A DNA stretch of 64,000 nucleotides from a virus, in the IMG/VR virus record IMGVR_UViG_3300031420_000003, positions 64,001-128,000 of that record, one strand, 5' to 3'. Positions within the stretch are counted from its first letter, which is position 1; each line of letters starts with the position of its first letter. Under the pieces are notes generated by a model. The model saw only the letters and a list, made by a program, of their open reading frames with translations. It was not told the origin of the DNA and made no database searches. This document shows positions 8,684 to 18,642 of the stretch, piece after piece. Position numbers and translations under genes: made by a program.

Positions 8684-9135
8684 GGATACGGATTTCCTAT
8701 TTCTCGTACTGCACTAGCCCAGCCGGTGCAAGTAACGAAAGTAAAATAATGTTTCGTGAACAAACGTAAGGCGGGTTGGTTACGCTGGTAGACGTCCGCT
8801 ACCATTCTTTTTCCCGGATGCTGTCTGCATATTTCAGCCAACAGTGCAGACGCAACCCCCTTCCTTCGATGTCCCCGTAACGCATAGACAACGTGCAACG
8901 CTATACTGCGTGTTTCCGTCATGCTGAACGTCACAAAACCGATTAACTCGCCCATCCATCGGGCAACAACAAGGCGCATGTCGCTATCCATCAACGCACA
9001 CACTCTTGGTTTTACTACGTCTGCACCTTGCACCATTCTGCCGTGTTCTTCCAGAAAGTGCTGATACATAGCTAAGAGCGTAGTGTGGTCTGCTTGAGCT
9101 AACTGATGCTCGTCCGCCACATGTTCTACACCCAT
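8680..9135 (-). CDS. GNAT-family acetyltransferase
   Basis: LIGFVTF, VYALRGHRRKGVASALL (motif A R/QxxGxA) and VYQRNQPALRLF (motif B). Confidence 0.8.
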   Translation of the reverse strand: MGVEHVADEHQLAQADHTTLLAMYQHFLEEHGRMVQGADVVKPRVCALMDSDMRLVVARWMGELIGFVTFSMTETRSIALHVVYALRGHRRKGVASALLAEICRQHPGKRMVADVYQRNQPALRLFTKHYFTFVTCTGWASAVREIGNPYP

Positions 9136-9152
9136 ATCCGAAAGCTTCAGAT

Positions 9153-9371
9153 CTACCTCCGATACTTACGGTTCGCCTGATGGCGTCGCTGAGTCCCTCT
9201 CCAGTCTTCACCGGATTCGTAGCGTGCTAGTTTGCGGGTTCCAATAACCTCCACTTCCTGTGCAAAAGGGAACTCGCTGGCGGGGTCAGGCTGCAGTCTG
9301 GAACCGACCAGACCGATATAGCCCACACCCACCACTACCACTTCACGTTCGTCTAACGGTTCGTCAGTCAC
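9153..9371 (-). CDS. hypothetical small protein
   Basis: 72-aa ORF with GAGG RBS and GTG start. Confidence 0.45.
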   Translation of the reverse strand: MTDEPLDEREVVVVGVGYIGLVGSRLQPDPASEFPFAQEVEVIGTRKLARYESGEDWRGTQRRHQANRKYRR

Positions 9372-9659
9372 GTCGCCTCGCTACCGGGTAGGTAAACCCA
9401 GACCGTGTCGTTTGAAGTTGCCTTCGTCCATCACCCCGCATTCGTTCGGGGTTCGCTTTCGGTTGTTCCTCCACGTCGCGTACCGAGCGTCGAGAAGCCC
9501 AACCCGTCTTAAATTGTCCTTCAGATTTGTCCACACCTTACTCCTCTGAAATTAGAACCAGCCCTGTGTGAGTGCTAAGACTGCACCGGTTACGGTGGCC
9601 ACGCCAGCAACGCCGACGAAGAACACCATCTTAACACACCACACCATCAAGTTTATCAT

Positions 9660-9959
9660 TTAGAAAGACCCACGCTTTGCATCAACATTCTTTTCCCAAC
9701 GCCACATTGTGCGGCCCATGAACACCGTACTGACCAGCAACGTCAGGGGCATGATGCCGCTCAAGTTAGCGCAGACCATGGCGATTGTCACCCCGACAGT
9801 GTCGATGGCAATCAGCCAAGCAATCGGGCGCAGGTTTGCTGTACAGGGACAAACCCAGTTACAACGATCCCGCACCAACACCAACAGCGCCAGCTCTGCG
9901 AATAATGCAAAGAACACGACACTGTTGCAGATTACTCTAAAAGTGGTCATCTCTTCCAT
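9660..9959 (-). CDS. small membrane protein
   Basis: About three hydrophobic segments; GGAGA RBS favours the MEEMTT start. Confidence 0.5.
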   Translation of the reverse strand: MEEMTTFRVICNSVVFFALFAELALLVLVRDRCNWVCPCTANLRPIAWLIAIDTVGVTIAMVCANLSGIMPLTLLVSTVFMGRTMWRWEKNVDAKRGSF

Positions 9960-10170
9960 GACGTTTTCTCCGTTTGTATTGATCAACTGCAACTGCTACA
10001 CCAAACAAGGTGGCAACCACGCCACCCACGACCAACTCACCACGGGTGAGTAGGCTAAACCACAAGTCACCCTTCACGGAAGGCCTCCTTGCGTTGTACG
10101 TCCTTTAAGACGTAATTGAATGCCTTGGCGATAATCCAAAGACATACTCCCGATAACACGAGTCCAGTAA

Positions 10171-10557
10171 TCATCTCTTCTTCCTTTTTGCCTTACGATG
10201 AGGCTTAACAAAATCGGTTATTTCTTGGGCTATCCAACCAACCAAATACGCCAACGCTTCTTGGTTGTCGACAGTGACCGTAATCCCAACCCATTGCAAA
10301 CACCGCCACGCCGCGTGTACGGCTTCGTGGGCGACGGTATTGGCATCCGCTGCTTCCACGTTCTCAAACACAACCCCAATGTAGGCGAGCCGGCTAGGAC
10401 CGTGATTGAACACATAGACCTCACCAGAACAATCCGGGTGCAAGTCCATGTAGGGGTCAAACTCACGGGCAGCGTCAGGACAGGCCGACACCAGTAAGTT
10501 GATACCGTACAGCGGGATGGGAATGTCTAACAGTTTGCTTAACGTTTCTTTAGGCAT
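10171..10557 (-). CDS. hypothetical protein with HExxH zinc-metallopeptidase-like motif
   Basis: TVAHEAVHAAW with downstream QEALAY; GGAG RBS. Confidence 0.6.
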   Translation of the reverse strand: MPKETLSKLLDIPIPLYGINLLVSACPDAAREFDPYMDLHPDCSGEVYVFNHGPSRLAYIGVVFENVEAADANTVAHEAVHAAWRCLQWVGITVTVDNQEALAYLVGWIAQEITDFVKPHRKAKRKKR

Positions 10558-10718
10558 GGCTCCACACCCTGTTCAGTCCAGCCGATGACGCGGCCGGGCA
10601 TGACGAACACCACTGGCACGATGTAATACAAAAACGTGGCCAGCGCAACAGTGATAATTAACCCTGCTGCTAAGAGGAAACCAAAAACCCAAATGATTGC
10701 TGTGAGTAAAGTGCGCAT
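10539..10718 (-). CDS. 59-aa membrane protein (below ORF-track cutoff)
   Basis: Read manually: MRTLLTAIIWVFGFLLAAGLIITVALATFLYYIVPVVFVMPG...; starts 3 nt after the SbcC stop. Confidence 0.45.
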   Translation of the reverse strand: MRTLLTAIIWVFGFLLAAGLIITVALATFLYYIVPVVFVMPGRVIGWTEQGVEPCLKKR

Positions 10719-10721
10719 TAT

Positions 10722-13250
10722 CTATTCCGCGTATTGAATCTTAACATGTTCATTATACACGTCCGGCAACGTCACGCCTTCTGGTTCGACCACGCAATAC
10801 GAGGCTTCGTTCAGTTTGGAATGCACATCCGAATCGTGCGATACAACGATCAACTGAGAAAACTCACCGCTTGACGATAACCGTTTGATAAAATCAACCA
10901 AACGATGACGGTGGGCTTCATCCATGCCCTCAGAAGGCTCATCTAATAACAAGGGGAAGTTCTGTAAACCCAGTCCCTTGTAACTCGTTAAGCGGTATGC
11001 TAAGTCAAACATTGCTTTCTGGGCTTTCGAACCTTTACCGACATCCGGCACGGGTTCGTCTTTGTCCTTGAGCTTAAACGGGAACAGGTAATCCAATTCG
11101 CCATCGGTCATGTCACAGGGCATCACCCGCATCGGGTACGTCCAGACCAAGTCGATATAGTGGTTCATCATCTCGGTGATACGCACAATGGCTTTGTAGT
11201 AATACTTACGCAAGACACCTTGCTCCGGTGACCATGCGGTAATCATCTGTCGCGCTTCATGGCGTTCGGCTTGCAGTGCAGCCAAATCTTTTTCCATGTT
11301 CGCTAACTGGTCGAGCTCCGTGGTCATCTGACGGTAACGGTCACGCGCGGTGGCATACGCATCCAACTTGCTTTCCCGTGCCTGATTCAGGTGATCCACA
11401 ACTGCGGTGTTCTGCGCAACAACCAAATTGCGCTGGAAGTCCTCGTAGAACGCTTTGAATGCCACTACAGAGGTACTTAACACGCTAAGCCGACTCACAC
11501 TCTGGTTTTTCTCTTGCGCGTACTGACGGTGCTCTGAGAGCGCCTGTGTGGTGGCTTGGATTTGTTCCTCTAAGCGACGGATTTTCTCCGGCAACACCGC
11601 ATCGACATTTCCCACGGTCATCGCCGCTTCCTGCCACTCCCGTTTGGCTTTATCCAACTGGTCAACCAGACGGTGAAAGTGCTGGGCTTCACGAATCTCA
11701 TCGAAGAACGCCATCACCAGCCCACCAAAACGCGAACGGTTGGTTGTAAACGCTTCCTCTTCCTGCAGACGCTTAAAGAGAATCGACAACACCGGGTCAC
11801 GGGAGTAGGTCATGATAATCCCACGGATGTTACGCAGGGTTAACACTTCTTCCTCTACCTCACCGCGCTCACGCATCAACGTTTCCATATCCGCTTTGAG
11901 CTGGGCGAGATAGGTCTCGTTTTGGTTGTACTCACCGGTTAGTGCTTCGAGGCTTCGGGTCACACCCGGACGAAAATGAAACTGGCACTGGGGGCAATCC
12001 ACTTCACTGGTGTCGTGGTAATGCTTTAAGTCGTGTTGCAAGTTACGCAGCACATTCTCACAGCGACCAATCTTCTCGTTCTGGTAGGAACACTTCACAT
12101 CGAACTGCTGCAGCTCCTCTTCCATCTCTTTCAGACGACGGTTGGTTTGCAGACGGTCAATTAACCGGGTAAGTGTCGAGGTGAATTCCCCGGCATGGCT
12201 TTCAGCATCAACCAACACCGGCACCACAAAGCGCTCAGTGTCAAACAAATCCGCAAAGACCCGTTGCTGGGTTTGCAGATTCGCAAGCTCCCCGCTCAAC
12301 CGATCAATGGTCGTTTGCAGACCGCTGTGGTTCCGCATCAAATAAGACTGACGGTTTTGCTCATCGGTTAACTGTGACAATTCACGGTTATAGGCCTTGA
12401 GCGTAGCTTCTGAGGAGGCGACCCATTCACGGGCTTCCAGCAGCAGTCGTTGTTCTTCATCAATCATCTCCTGCGTCGGGATAACGGTGTCACCGTCCAG
12501 AATCATGTCGGTGATTTTGCGCATCTTCTCCATCTGGTCTTTCAACGCAGCAGGTGTTAATGCACGGTCGGTGGACGGGCGTTTTTCCAGTACACGGTTG
12601 AGTTGGCTAATCTCCAACTGCATCTCTTCCATGCGGCTCTCTAAACGCTCCCGGGCTTCTTGGTCTTCGATGACGCGAACACGTGAATCCGAGATTTTGC
12701 CACTGACGTAATCAATCTGGTTACCGAGCGCGTTGTAGTGTTTACGCAGTCGGGTATAAAAGCCTAAGGCATGCGCCAAGTCCGAGGTGGACATCTTACT
12801 GAACCACGCTTTACGCAGCGGGGTATTGGCACGGGTCAAATGCAGCTCACCATTAATAAGTTCTTTGATTTCTTTGGTAAGGCCGGTCATGGACTCGACG
12901 TGCGTGTTGTACACTTTCGGGTTAACGTCAGTGACAACATTCTCACCGGTGGTGAGGTTATCAATACAGCAGATAAGACTGCTGCCTTTACGACGGACAT
13001 GGAATTTAAAGCGTTGGATACCAACAAGAGAGAAATTGGTGTACTCACCTCCATCGGCGAGATCGGATTTTGCAGGGCATAACGGCAGGTATACGGAGAG
13101 GAGACTGCTTTTCCCTGAGCCATTGCCACCGAGGATGATGGTCACAGGGGTGGTCACAGTGAAGTCGAACTTTGCAATGTCATGCAAGCCCATTCCAGTG
13201 AAACCTTTGAGAATAATACGCTCGACTTTTAACATTTGCAAGGGTTCCAA
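10722..13250 (-). CDS. sbcC: SbcC/Rad50-like SMC ATPase (recombination/repair nuclease subunit)
   Basis: Walker A GGNGSGKS, long coiled coils, central zinc-hook CPQC, signature GSKAQ, Walker B LLLDEP and H-loop VVSHD; start may be 13235. Confidence 0.9.
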   Translation of the reverse strand: MEPLQMLKVERIILKGFTGMGLHDIAKFDFTVTTPVTIILGGNGSGKSSLLSVYLPLCPAKSDLADGGEYTNFSLVGIQRFKFHVRRKGSSLICCIDNLTTGENVVTDVNPKVYNTHVESMTGLTKEIKELINGELHLTRANTPLRKAWFSKMSTSDLAHALGFYTRLRKHYNALGNQIDYVSGKISDSRVRVIEDQEARERLESRMEEMQLEISQLNRVLEKRPSTDRALTPAALKDQMEKMRKITDMILDGDTVIPTQEMIDEEQRLLLEAREWVASSEATLKAYNRELSQLTDEQNRQSYLMRNHSGLQTTIDRLSGELANLQTQQRVFADLFDTERFVVPVLVDAESHAGEFTSTLTRLIDRLQTNRRLKEMEEELQQFDVKCSYQNEKIGRCENVLRNLQHDLKHYHDTSEVDCPQCQFHFRPGVTRSLEALTGEYNQNETYLAQLKADMETLMRERGEVEEEVLTLRNIRGIIMTYSRDPVLSILFKRLQEEEAFTTNRSRFGGLVMAFFDEIREAQHFHRLVDQLDKAKREWQEAAMTVGNVDAVLPEKIRRLEEQIQATTQALSEHRQYAQEKNQSVSRLSVLSTSVVAFKAFYEDFQRNLVVAQNTAVVDHLNQARESKLDAYATARDRYRQMTTELDQLANMEKDLAALQAERHEARQMITAWSPEQGVLRKYYYKAIVRITEMMNHYIDLVWTYPMRVMPCDMTDGELDYLFPFKLKDKDEPVPDVGKGSKAQKAMFDLAYRLTSYKGLGLQNFPLLLDEPSEGMDEAHRHRLVDFIKRLSSSGEFSQLIVVSHDSDVHSKLNEASYCVVEPEGVTLPDVYNEHVKIQYAE

Positions 13251-13307
13251 AAATGAAACAAAACATCTTCCATATCCAAGAACCTTGCTGTAAAAAAATT
13301 AGTGCCA

Positions 13308-13329
13308 CGGGAATCCCGAAGGATTCCCG
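13308..13329 (-). terminator. intrinsic terminator-like hairpin
   Basis: CGGGAATCC-CGAA-GGATTCCCG perfect stem with a T-tract about 10 nt downstream on the minus strand. Confidence 0.65.
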
Positions 13330-13334
13330 ATAGA

Positions 13335-13886
13335 TCAATAGTTCTCTAACTCATCACCCCATTGATAACCTTCTGATGAACGCATGACGTTCAGGCCTTG
13401 CTCGGTCTGCCAGATGGCCAGCTCATGATAATACGGCGGCACCACACCATCAACGAACACCGGGTTCAAGTAACCGGTTGACGGGTTGTTGTACGGGTAC
13501 AGGGCACCCGGGAACGACGCCTGTGCACACTCCGTGACAGGACAGATATCGATATCCGCATCCGGGGAGTTCCAGCCAACAATCTTACCTTTCAGGCGCT
13601 CACCGTCTTTGTAATACCACACCACACGCTGTGGCATACGCCCAATCAGGTTACGTGGCCAGAACGGTTTCTGACTGGCATCGCGCAGATTGGTCGGTGT
13701 CGCCACCCAGGTGTCCAGAACTTTGATTTGGGCCGGGAAGGTTTTGTCGAGGTAGGCTTTGATGAAGGTGTTCTTCACCAATGCTTTATATTCGTCTTCA
13801 GAAATCTCCACACGAACTTTCATGTAGCTGTTGGACTTGAGGCTGGTCAGGGTTTCCAGCATGGCAATCAGTTTGGTGTCGGTCAT
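13335..13886 (-). CDS. hypothetical protein
   Basis: 183-aa ORF flanked by terminators. Confidence 0.7.
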   Translation of the reverse strand: MTDTKLIAMLETLTSLKSNSYMKVRVEISEDEYKALVKNTFIKAYLDKTFPAQIKVLDTWVATPTNLRDASQKPFWPRNLIGRMPQRVVWYYKDGERLKGKIVGWNSPDADIDICPVTECAQASFPGALYPYNNPSTGYLNPVFVDGVVPPYYHELAIWQTEQGLNVMRSSEGYQWGDELENY

Positions 13887-13913
13887 AATCTCTTCTCATC
13901 AAACAAAAAGAAA

Positions 13914-13931
13914 GGGCCCCCGCGGGGGCCA
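13914..13931 (-). terminator. intrinsic terminator
   Basis: GGGCCCC-CGCG-GGGGCCC followed by TTTCTTTTT on the minus strand. Confidence 0.75.
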
Positions 13932-13934
13932 CTG

Positions 13935-14444
13935 TTAGAGGAAGCGGGCATCTGGAGAACTGTTCCAGACTCGCTCCTCTCGGTGATTAATTGTTGCCTT
14001 ACCAGAAGACAACGCACCATTGGTGGTGAAGGCCGCGACAGCAGGCAGACGTTCGCCAGATTCGAAATCCAGAATCTCCATCCCATTGGCGGTCGGGTCA
14101 GCGATAACCATGTAGCGGGTGGTGTCGTCGTGCGGGTAGTTGCGTGAGGTGTCCTGCAGTTCGATATCGAGTGCATGGAGCTGACGCTTCACGTAGAAGA
14201 AGCTCTGCGTGTGTTTATTGAAAAGGGGATGGCGGAAAGCATGGTTAAACCACGTTGCGCTGATTTTGGTAGCGGCTTGCGCGATTACCCCGACGTTTTC
14301 ATTCCGGTGCATCATCTGCTGGAGTTCCAGCACTTTGGTGGTTGTCGACACCATACTGCGCAGGGTGTCCCCGTCGACATTAAACGCTGTCATCAGATTA
14401 ACGAAATACTTCGCATGGTCGTGGATATTTTTAACTTCTAACAT
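13935..14444 (-). CDS. hypothetical protein
   Basis: 169-aa ORF with AGGAG RBS. Confidence 0.7.
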   Translation of the reverse strand: MLEVKNIHDHAKYFVNLMTAFNVDGDTLRSMVSTTTKVLELQQMMHRNENVGVIAQAATKISATWFNHAFRHPLFNKHTQSFFYVKRQLHALDIELQDTSRNYPHDDTTRYMVIADPTANGMEILDFESGERLPAVAAFTTNGALSSGKATINHREERVWNSSPDARFL

Positions 14445-14574
14445 GATGGGCTCCTAGGGTGTAACAAAAGTCGATTAAGTTAAAAAGGGCCCTGTAGCCA
14501 ATAATACTCTGGGGGTTGAACTACAGGGCCAACAGACTACCAACGTGAGAGAGTAACGTGTTCTCTCACCAAGG

Positions 14575-14586
14575 TAATATCTATCT
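14575..14586 (-). promoter_or_regulatory. candidate phage early promoter motif AGATAGATAT(T/C)A, copy 1
   Basis: The same 12-mer recurs at 18643-18654 and 20648-20659, always intergenic and oriented with minus-strand genes. Confidence 0.55.
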
Positions 14587-14966
14587 CAAATCGCTTTGGA
14601 TAGACAACGGTAACCCACCACGGCGGTGATGGGCTCGTTTCGGATAATAGCCGTAGCTACTCGGTGGTGTCCGTCCCAGAGTCGGTACTGGCCATTGACA
14701 CAGGTGGCGATGACGGCGTGCTTAACACCGTGACGCAACATATCTACAAAGTCGGCGTGGGGAAGTTCATCTTTCACTCGCATGCGGATTTCGGCTTCCA
14801 GATACGCCCTCGCGTCTGCCGAAGTGGACCACAAATCAGAAAAGTCGGATGGTTGTAAGACCCGTTCCTCCCAATGCCCTTCATGAGCGGGAAAGAAGAA
14901 TTCACTGCCGTCACTGTTATCGGTGCGATACGACTCGGCATACTCTGCCAGTTCTCTCTGAGACAT
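14586..14966 (-). CDS. ParB/Sulfiredoxin N-terminal-like domain protein
   Basis: GVKHAVI...YRLWDGHHRVATA matches the ParB-N DGHxR motif. Confidence 0.7.
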   Translation of the reverse strand: MSQRELAEYAESYRTDNSDGSEFFFPAHEGHWEERVLQPSDFSDLWSTSADARAYLEAEIRMRVKDELPHADFVDMLRHGVKHAVIATCVNGQYRLWDGHHRVATAIIRNEPITAVVGYRCLSKAI

Positions 14967-14975
14967 ACACTACCC

Positions 14976-15383
14976 TCAGTTCAAGTAGAAGGTTTGAATC
15001 TGTTGGTTATTGGCAAAAAATGAAATAACCGGTTGCGTCTCACCTTCTTTATCCGTTGATTCACCAAAGCGAGGCACGGGCATTTCGCCACAGTGCTCGC
15101 CGGTGATGTTCAGCGGGGTAACCAGTTTAGAGCGGGTATTCACCAAGACATACCCGTAGTCTTCTGGTCGTTTAAGTTTACAGGGCCCGAGCTCGAAAGC
15201 CAGAATAACGAGGTTGCCCTGTTCGGCAACCTCGAAGCAGCGCCCATCTTTGAATGCTTCTACTGTGCAGCGTTTCATCGGGTTACCGTTGTTCACACGG
15301 TAATGGGGAATTTGCTCCCCATCGAACTCCGCGTGTGCGGCTCCCGCAATTAAAAATCCGAGTAAAGCAATCAGTCTGAACAT
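14976..15383 (-). CDS. secreted Cys-pair protein, paralog 1
   Basis: Signal peptide MFRLIALLGFLIAGAAHA; Cx9C plus two more Cys. Confidence 0.7.
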   Translation of the reverse strand: MFRLIALLGFLIAGAAHAEFDGEQIPHYRVNNGNPMKRCTVEAFKDGRCFEVAEQGNLVILAFELGPCKLKRPEDYGYVLVNTRSKLVTPLNITGEHCGEMPVPRFGESTDKEGETQPVISFFANNQQIQTFYLN

Positions 15384-15395
15384 GCGACCTACCTT

Positions 15396-15794
15396 TTATT
15401 GTATCGTGAACCTCGACACTGGCGCTCCATGCAGTGACATGACAATGAAGACCTGATTATTCGTGGGGTTCTTCACAAAATTAAGCACAACTGACGGGTC
15501 GCATTCCTCAGTAGGCAGGTTTGACGCGGCTTTCTCTTTATCGTCGAGTAAGTAATAGTAGCCCGCAGGGCAGGTTTCCCCGCCCGGCTGGTGCAGGATA
15601 GTGAACTGCTCCATCTTCTCCGTTTCCCGGCAACTGTCCGTCACCAGTGGGTTACTGTTACACTTGTCAAAACCGATAGGCTGGTATTTGTAAGGCTTAA
15701 TTAGCACGCCATCAAACGACGGTTCAGCACGCACAACAGCGATATTGAAAGCAGCGACAATAAAAGCAACAGTTAACAGAATGGCACGAAACAT
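15396..15794 (-). CDS. secreted Cys-pair protein, paralog 2
   Basis: Signal peptide ending VRA; Cx9C and ILHQPGGETCPAG. Confidence 0.7.
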   Translation of the reverse strand: MFRAILLTVAFIVAAFNIAVVRAEPSFDGVLIKPYKYQPIGFDKCNSNPLVTDSCRETEKMEQFTILHQPGGETCPAGYYYLLDDKEKAASNLPTEECDPSVVLNFVKNPTNNQVFIVMSLHGAPVSRFTIQ

Positions 15795-15811
15795 GGACTT
15801 CTCCTAAAAGA

Positions 15812-16207
15812 TTATTTGATATAAACGATTTCAACAGGCGTCACGTCTTGACTGAACACGACTGCCATTTTATTATCCACGGTGAATAACCGCGCGTAGA
15901 TGTTTCCTTGACAGGTATCCTTTTTGGTGTGTAACCGATAACCCGTCGAGGTGTTGATGTTGATATAACCCCACCGACCTGCGGGACATTGTTCTGTCCC
16001 CGGCTGGTGAACCAAGATGTAGGTAAAGCTGTCGTCCACTTGCACAGTTTCACACTGGCCCGCGGCGACAGACTTTGTATTACACCAGAATTGTGCGTGT
16101 GATTTAGGAGCGTCCCCATCCTTTACAACATCGGGTACATCCAATGTCAGTGCCTGTGCGGCGAATGCGCTCATGAGTAGCGCTAGGGCAATTAAGACTC
16201 GTTTCAT
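15812..16207 (-). CDS. secreted Cys-pair protein, paralog 3
   Basis: Start MKRVLIALALLMSAFAAQA at 16207 (AAGGA RBS); Cx9C and LVHQPGTEQCPAG. Confidence 0.7.
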   Translation of the reverse strand: MKRVLIALALLMSAFAAQALTLDVPDVVKDGDAPKSHAQFWCNTKSVAAGQCETVQVDDSFTYILVHQPGTEQCPAGRWGYININTSTGYRLHTKKDTCQGNIYARLFTVDNKMAVVFSQDVTPVEIVYIK

Positions 16208-16276
16208 TTTGCTTTCCTTATAGGAAAATAAATAAAGGAATCCCCACCCTATAAAGGATGAGGTGAACACGTAAAA

Positions 16277-16642
16277 TTAACGCTTAACAGTCAACCGACC
16301 GATAAGCTCTGACTCATTGAAGAAGTCCACCGCGTACACCCCGCCTTGACGCAGTGGGATGATGTGCGCTGCTGTCACACCATCGTCACACGAGATATCT
16401 CGCAGGCGCTGGAAGTAGTGGGTACGGGTATTCGCAAGCACCAAACCCGTACAACGGTTGGTGACGGTGGCCAGACGGTAAACCGTCCATTCACTCTTGC
16501 TGGCGAGTTCAACAACAACTTCATCCGGGTCAACCGGCATGGAGTCCTCGGTAGGCTTAAACACCGCCGGTAACACACCCGGGGCGGACACTGCTGTGGT
16601 AGCGGCGACCAAAAGGAACGCCAAGAGAACTGCTTTGCGCAT
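16277..16642 (-). CDS. secreted protein, diverged paralog 4
   Basis: Signal peptide MRKAVLLAFLLVAATTAVSA; two Cys; VLANTRT resembles VLVNTRS of paralog 1. Confidence 0.55.
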   Translation of the reverse strand: MRKAVLLAFLLVAATTAVSAPGVLPAVFKPTEDSMPVDPDEVVVELASKSEWTVYRLATVTNRCTGLVLANTRTHYFQRLRDISCDDGVTAAHIIPLRQGGVYAVDFFNESELIGRLTVKR

Positions 16643-16684
16643 TACGGTATTTCCCAAAAGAGGGGACATCTGTCCCCGATAAAG

Positions 16685-16930
16685 TTAGTGTGCGTGCACG
16701 CGGCTATCCACGACATTCACACGGTGGTAGGCATTGCTGGTTCCTAGGTCAACCGCATAGAGGCTGAAATCCGACATGTTCGGAACACTGAGTCCGTTGG
16801 CCTGTAGAAGCGCCACTTTCCCGCTGGCTGTGATCAACACCTCAGTCACATCCCCTAGGTTTTTGCTACAAGAAATCACCCGACAACGTTTGGTGACTTC
16901 GTGATTCTTATCGGTATAAACCAGTTCCAT
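16685..16930 (-). CDS. hypothetical protein
   Basis: 81-aa ORF with AAGGAG RBS. Confidence 0.6.
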   Translation of the reverse strand: MELVYTDKNHEVTKRCRVISCSKNLGDVTEVLITASGKVALLQANGLSVPNMSDFSLYAVDLGTSNAYHRVNVVDSRVHAH

Positions 16931-16953
16931 TGATTACTCCTTGCCATGAAAAA

Positions 16954-16973
16954 GGGCAGCCCGAAGACTGCCC
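16954..16973 (-). terminator. intrinsic terminator
   Basis: Minus strand GGGCAGTC-TTCG-GGCTGCCC-TTTTT. Confidence 0.8.
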
Positions 16974-16982
16974 GTGTCGATA

Positions 16983-18518
16983 TTAAAACTCGCGTGGGAT
17001 AAAGAAGGTCGGTGCGTCCGGATGCCAATCCAGACCGGCTTTAATCTGCCCGTCTAAATCGGCGTAGGTGAACAGCACGGTTTCGGTCCGACCCGTTGAC
17101 CAGTCGGTGAAGATGACTTCAATAGCGAACGACGTTGGGGTCACTTCCATGCCAAAGTCATGACTCTCCAGCATCATCAGCTCTCTGCCACGGCTGCCAA
17201 GCCACTGGGCAAAGTCGGCAATGATGGCACTGACCATACGGAACGGGGCTTGAAAGCCTAACTGCGCATTGCCGTGGTTCTCAATCACTGAACCCCACAG
17301 TGTCGCGATGTTCGCTTTCAGACGCGGCACAAAGACCGAACCTTTGCCGAACTGACCACCGAGCTTCTCAACCATGTCTGTCACATGGTCTTCCAACCGG
17401 TTGCGATCGTTACGCGGTACTGGAGCCGGTGTTGCCACCTCGCGCAGCGACGCCTCCACCCAGAGCGGCAGGTGTGGGTTATTGGTGTTCACGTCAAATG
17501 AAGCCGACGCGCGCATCATACCGACAATAGGACTGGACCATGCTTTGGTGATCCCTTTCTCATCGGTAACCCGAACCATGATGTGGGTTGCGATGTGAAT
17601 CGGATCGCGAACGTGCTTCATGAACTTCGCGCGTAGTTCTGGCTCATTTCCAATCTTACGCTCAATGAGGTTAATGACCGCATCCGTTTCAGCAATCAAC
17701 CCCAGCTCACTGTCGCCAATCAGTTCCAGAACCGGCTTAGTCAGATTGTCCGTGGCCGTTGCCCACAACACTTGATAGGTGAACGGAAAGGCTTCACGGT
17801 AATAATCCCGCAGGTGTCTCAGGTAGGTCTTGGTTGCAATGAAGAGGCTTTCCGGTGCGCGCTGTATCCCACCTAAGCCCCGCAGCTCAAGCGGCGGTGT
17901 CAACTTGTCCAAGATGCTGTCCACGGTTAGGCGTTCGGCCGTTTGCTTATTTTCATCTTCTTTCGAGAATAAATAAGGCACATACCCTGATAAATCCCAA
18001 GACCCCAAGAGCGTCACATTCTTTCCAGAGTCAACGGCATAAAGAACCAGGTCGCGGCCTGTCCCGATAAAACCGAATACATGGGCGCTGAGTTCAATTG
18101 CAAGCCGGTCGGTGACATGCTCCACGTATTGTGGCACAGAAAATGCGGCCGCTTTACCCGCGTGTAAAATAGTTCCGACGCGGCCTTGAAAGGCGACTAT
18201 GCTCAATGAACCGCCTTGCCACGAATTATTCGCGTTACAGAGAACGGACTCCGCAGGTAACAACACTGTAATCGGATTACCTGCTGCAATGACTTCGAAC
18301 GCCCACAGGCGGTCCACACCACTGCTGGGTAACTCCGTGCGCATCACGACATTATTGGTGCTGTAGTGCTCACGGCACATGGCGGTGACTTTCTCTTCGA
18401 TAACGCGACACAGTTCAAGAAGTCTCAGCTCTTTACCGCGACACGAGGTCAGCGCCTGACGAACAAATTCACCGACGATTTCACTATCTTGGTTGCGAGC
18501 GTTATTTTGGTTTACCAT
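16983..18518 (-). CDS. hypothetical protein (about 511 aa)
   Basis: Long ORF; likely start MVNQNNA at 18518 (AAGGT upstream), which leaves the promoter-like motif intergenic. Confidence 0.7.
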   Translation of the reverse strand: MVNQNNARNQDSEIVGEFVRQALTSCRGKELRLLELCRVIEEKVTAMCREHYSTNNVVMRTELPSSGVDRLWAFEVIAAGNPITVLLPAESVLCNANNSWQGGSLSIVAFQGRVGTILHAGKAAAFSVPQYVEHVTDRLAIELSAHVFGFIGTGRDLVLYAVDSGKNVTLLGSWDLSGYVPYLFSKEDENKQTAERLTVDSILDKLTPPLELRGLGGIQRAPESLFIATKTYLRHLRDYYREAFPFTYQVLWATATDNLTKPVLELIGDSELGLIAETDAVINLIERKIGNEPELRAKFMKHVRDPIHIATHIMVRVTDEKGITKAWSSPIVGMMRASASFDVNTNNPHLPLWVEASLREVATPAPVPRNDRNRLEDHVTDMVEKLGGQFGKGSVFVPRLKANIATLWGSVIENHGNAQLGFQAPFRMVSAIIADFAQWLGSRGRELMMLESHDFGMEVTPTSFAIEVIFTDWSTGRTETVLFTYADLDGQIKAGLDWHPDAPTFFIPREF

Positions 18519-18642
18519 TTTACATTTACCTTCAAGTGTCGGATTCGAAGCAGGCACACGGAACCAGAGGCCATGTGTTAAGTCCTGTCGATAGCGACGA
18601 GTTAAGTTAGGATGAAAGGAGTAATGCACAACTCCACGAGAA

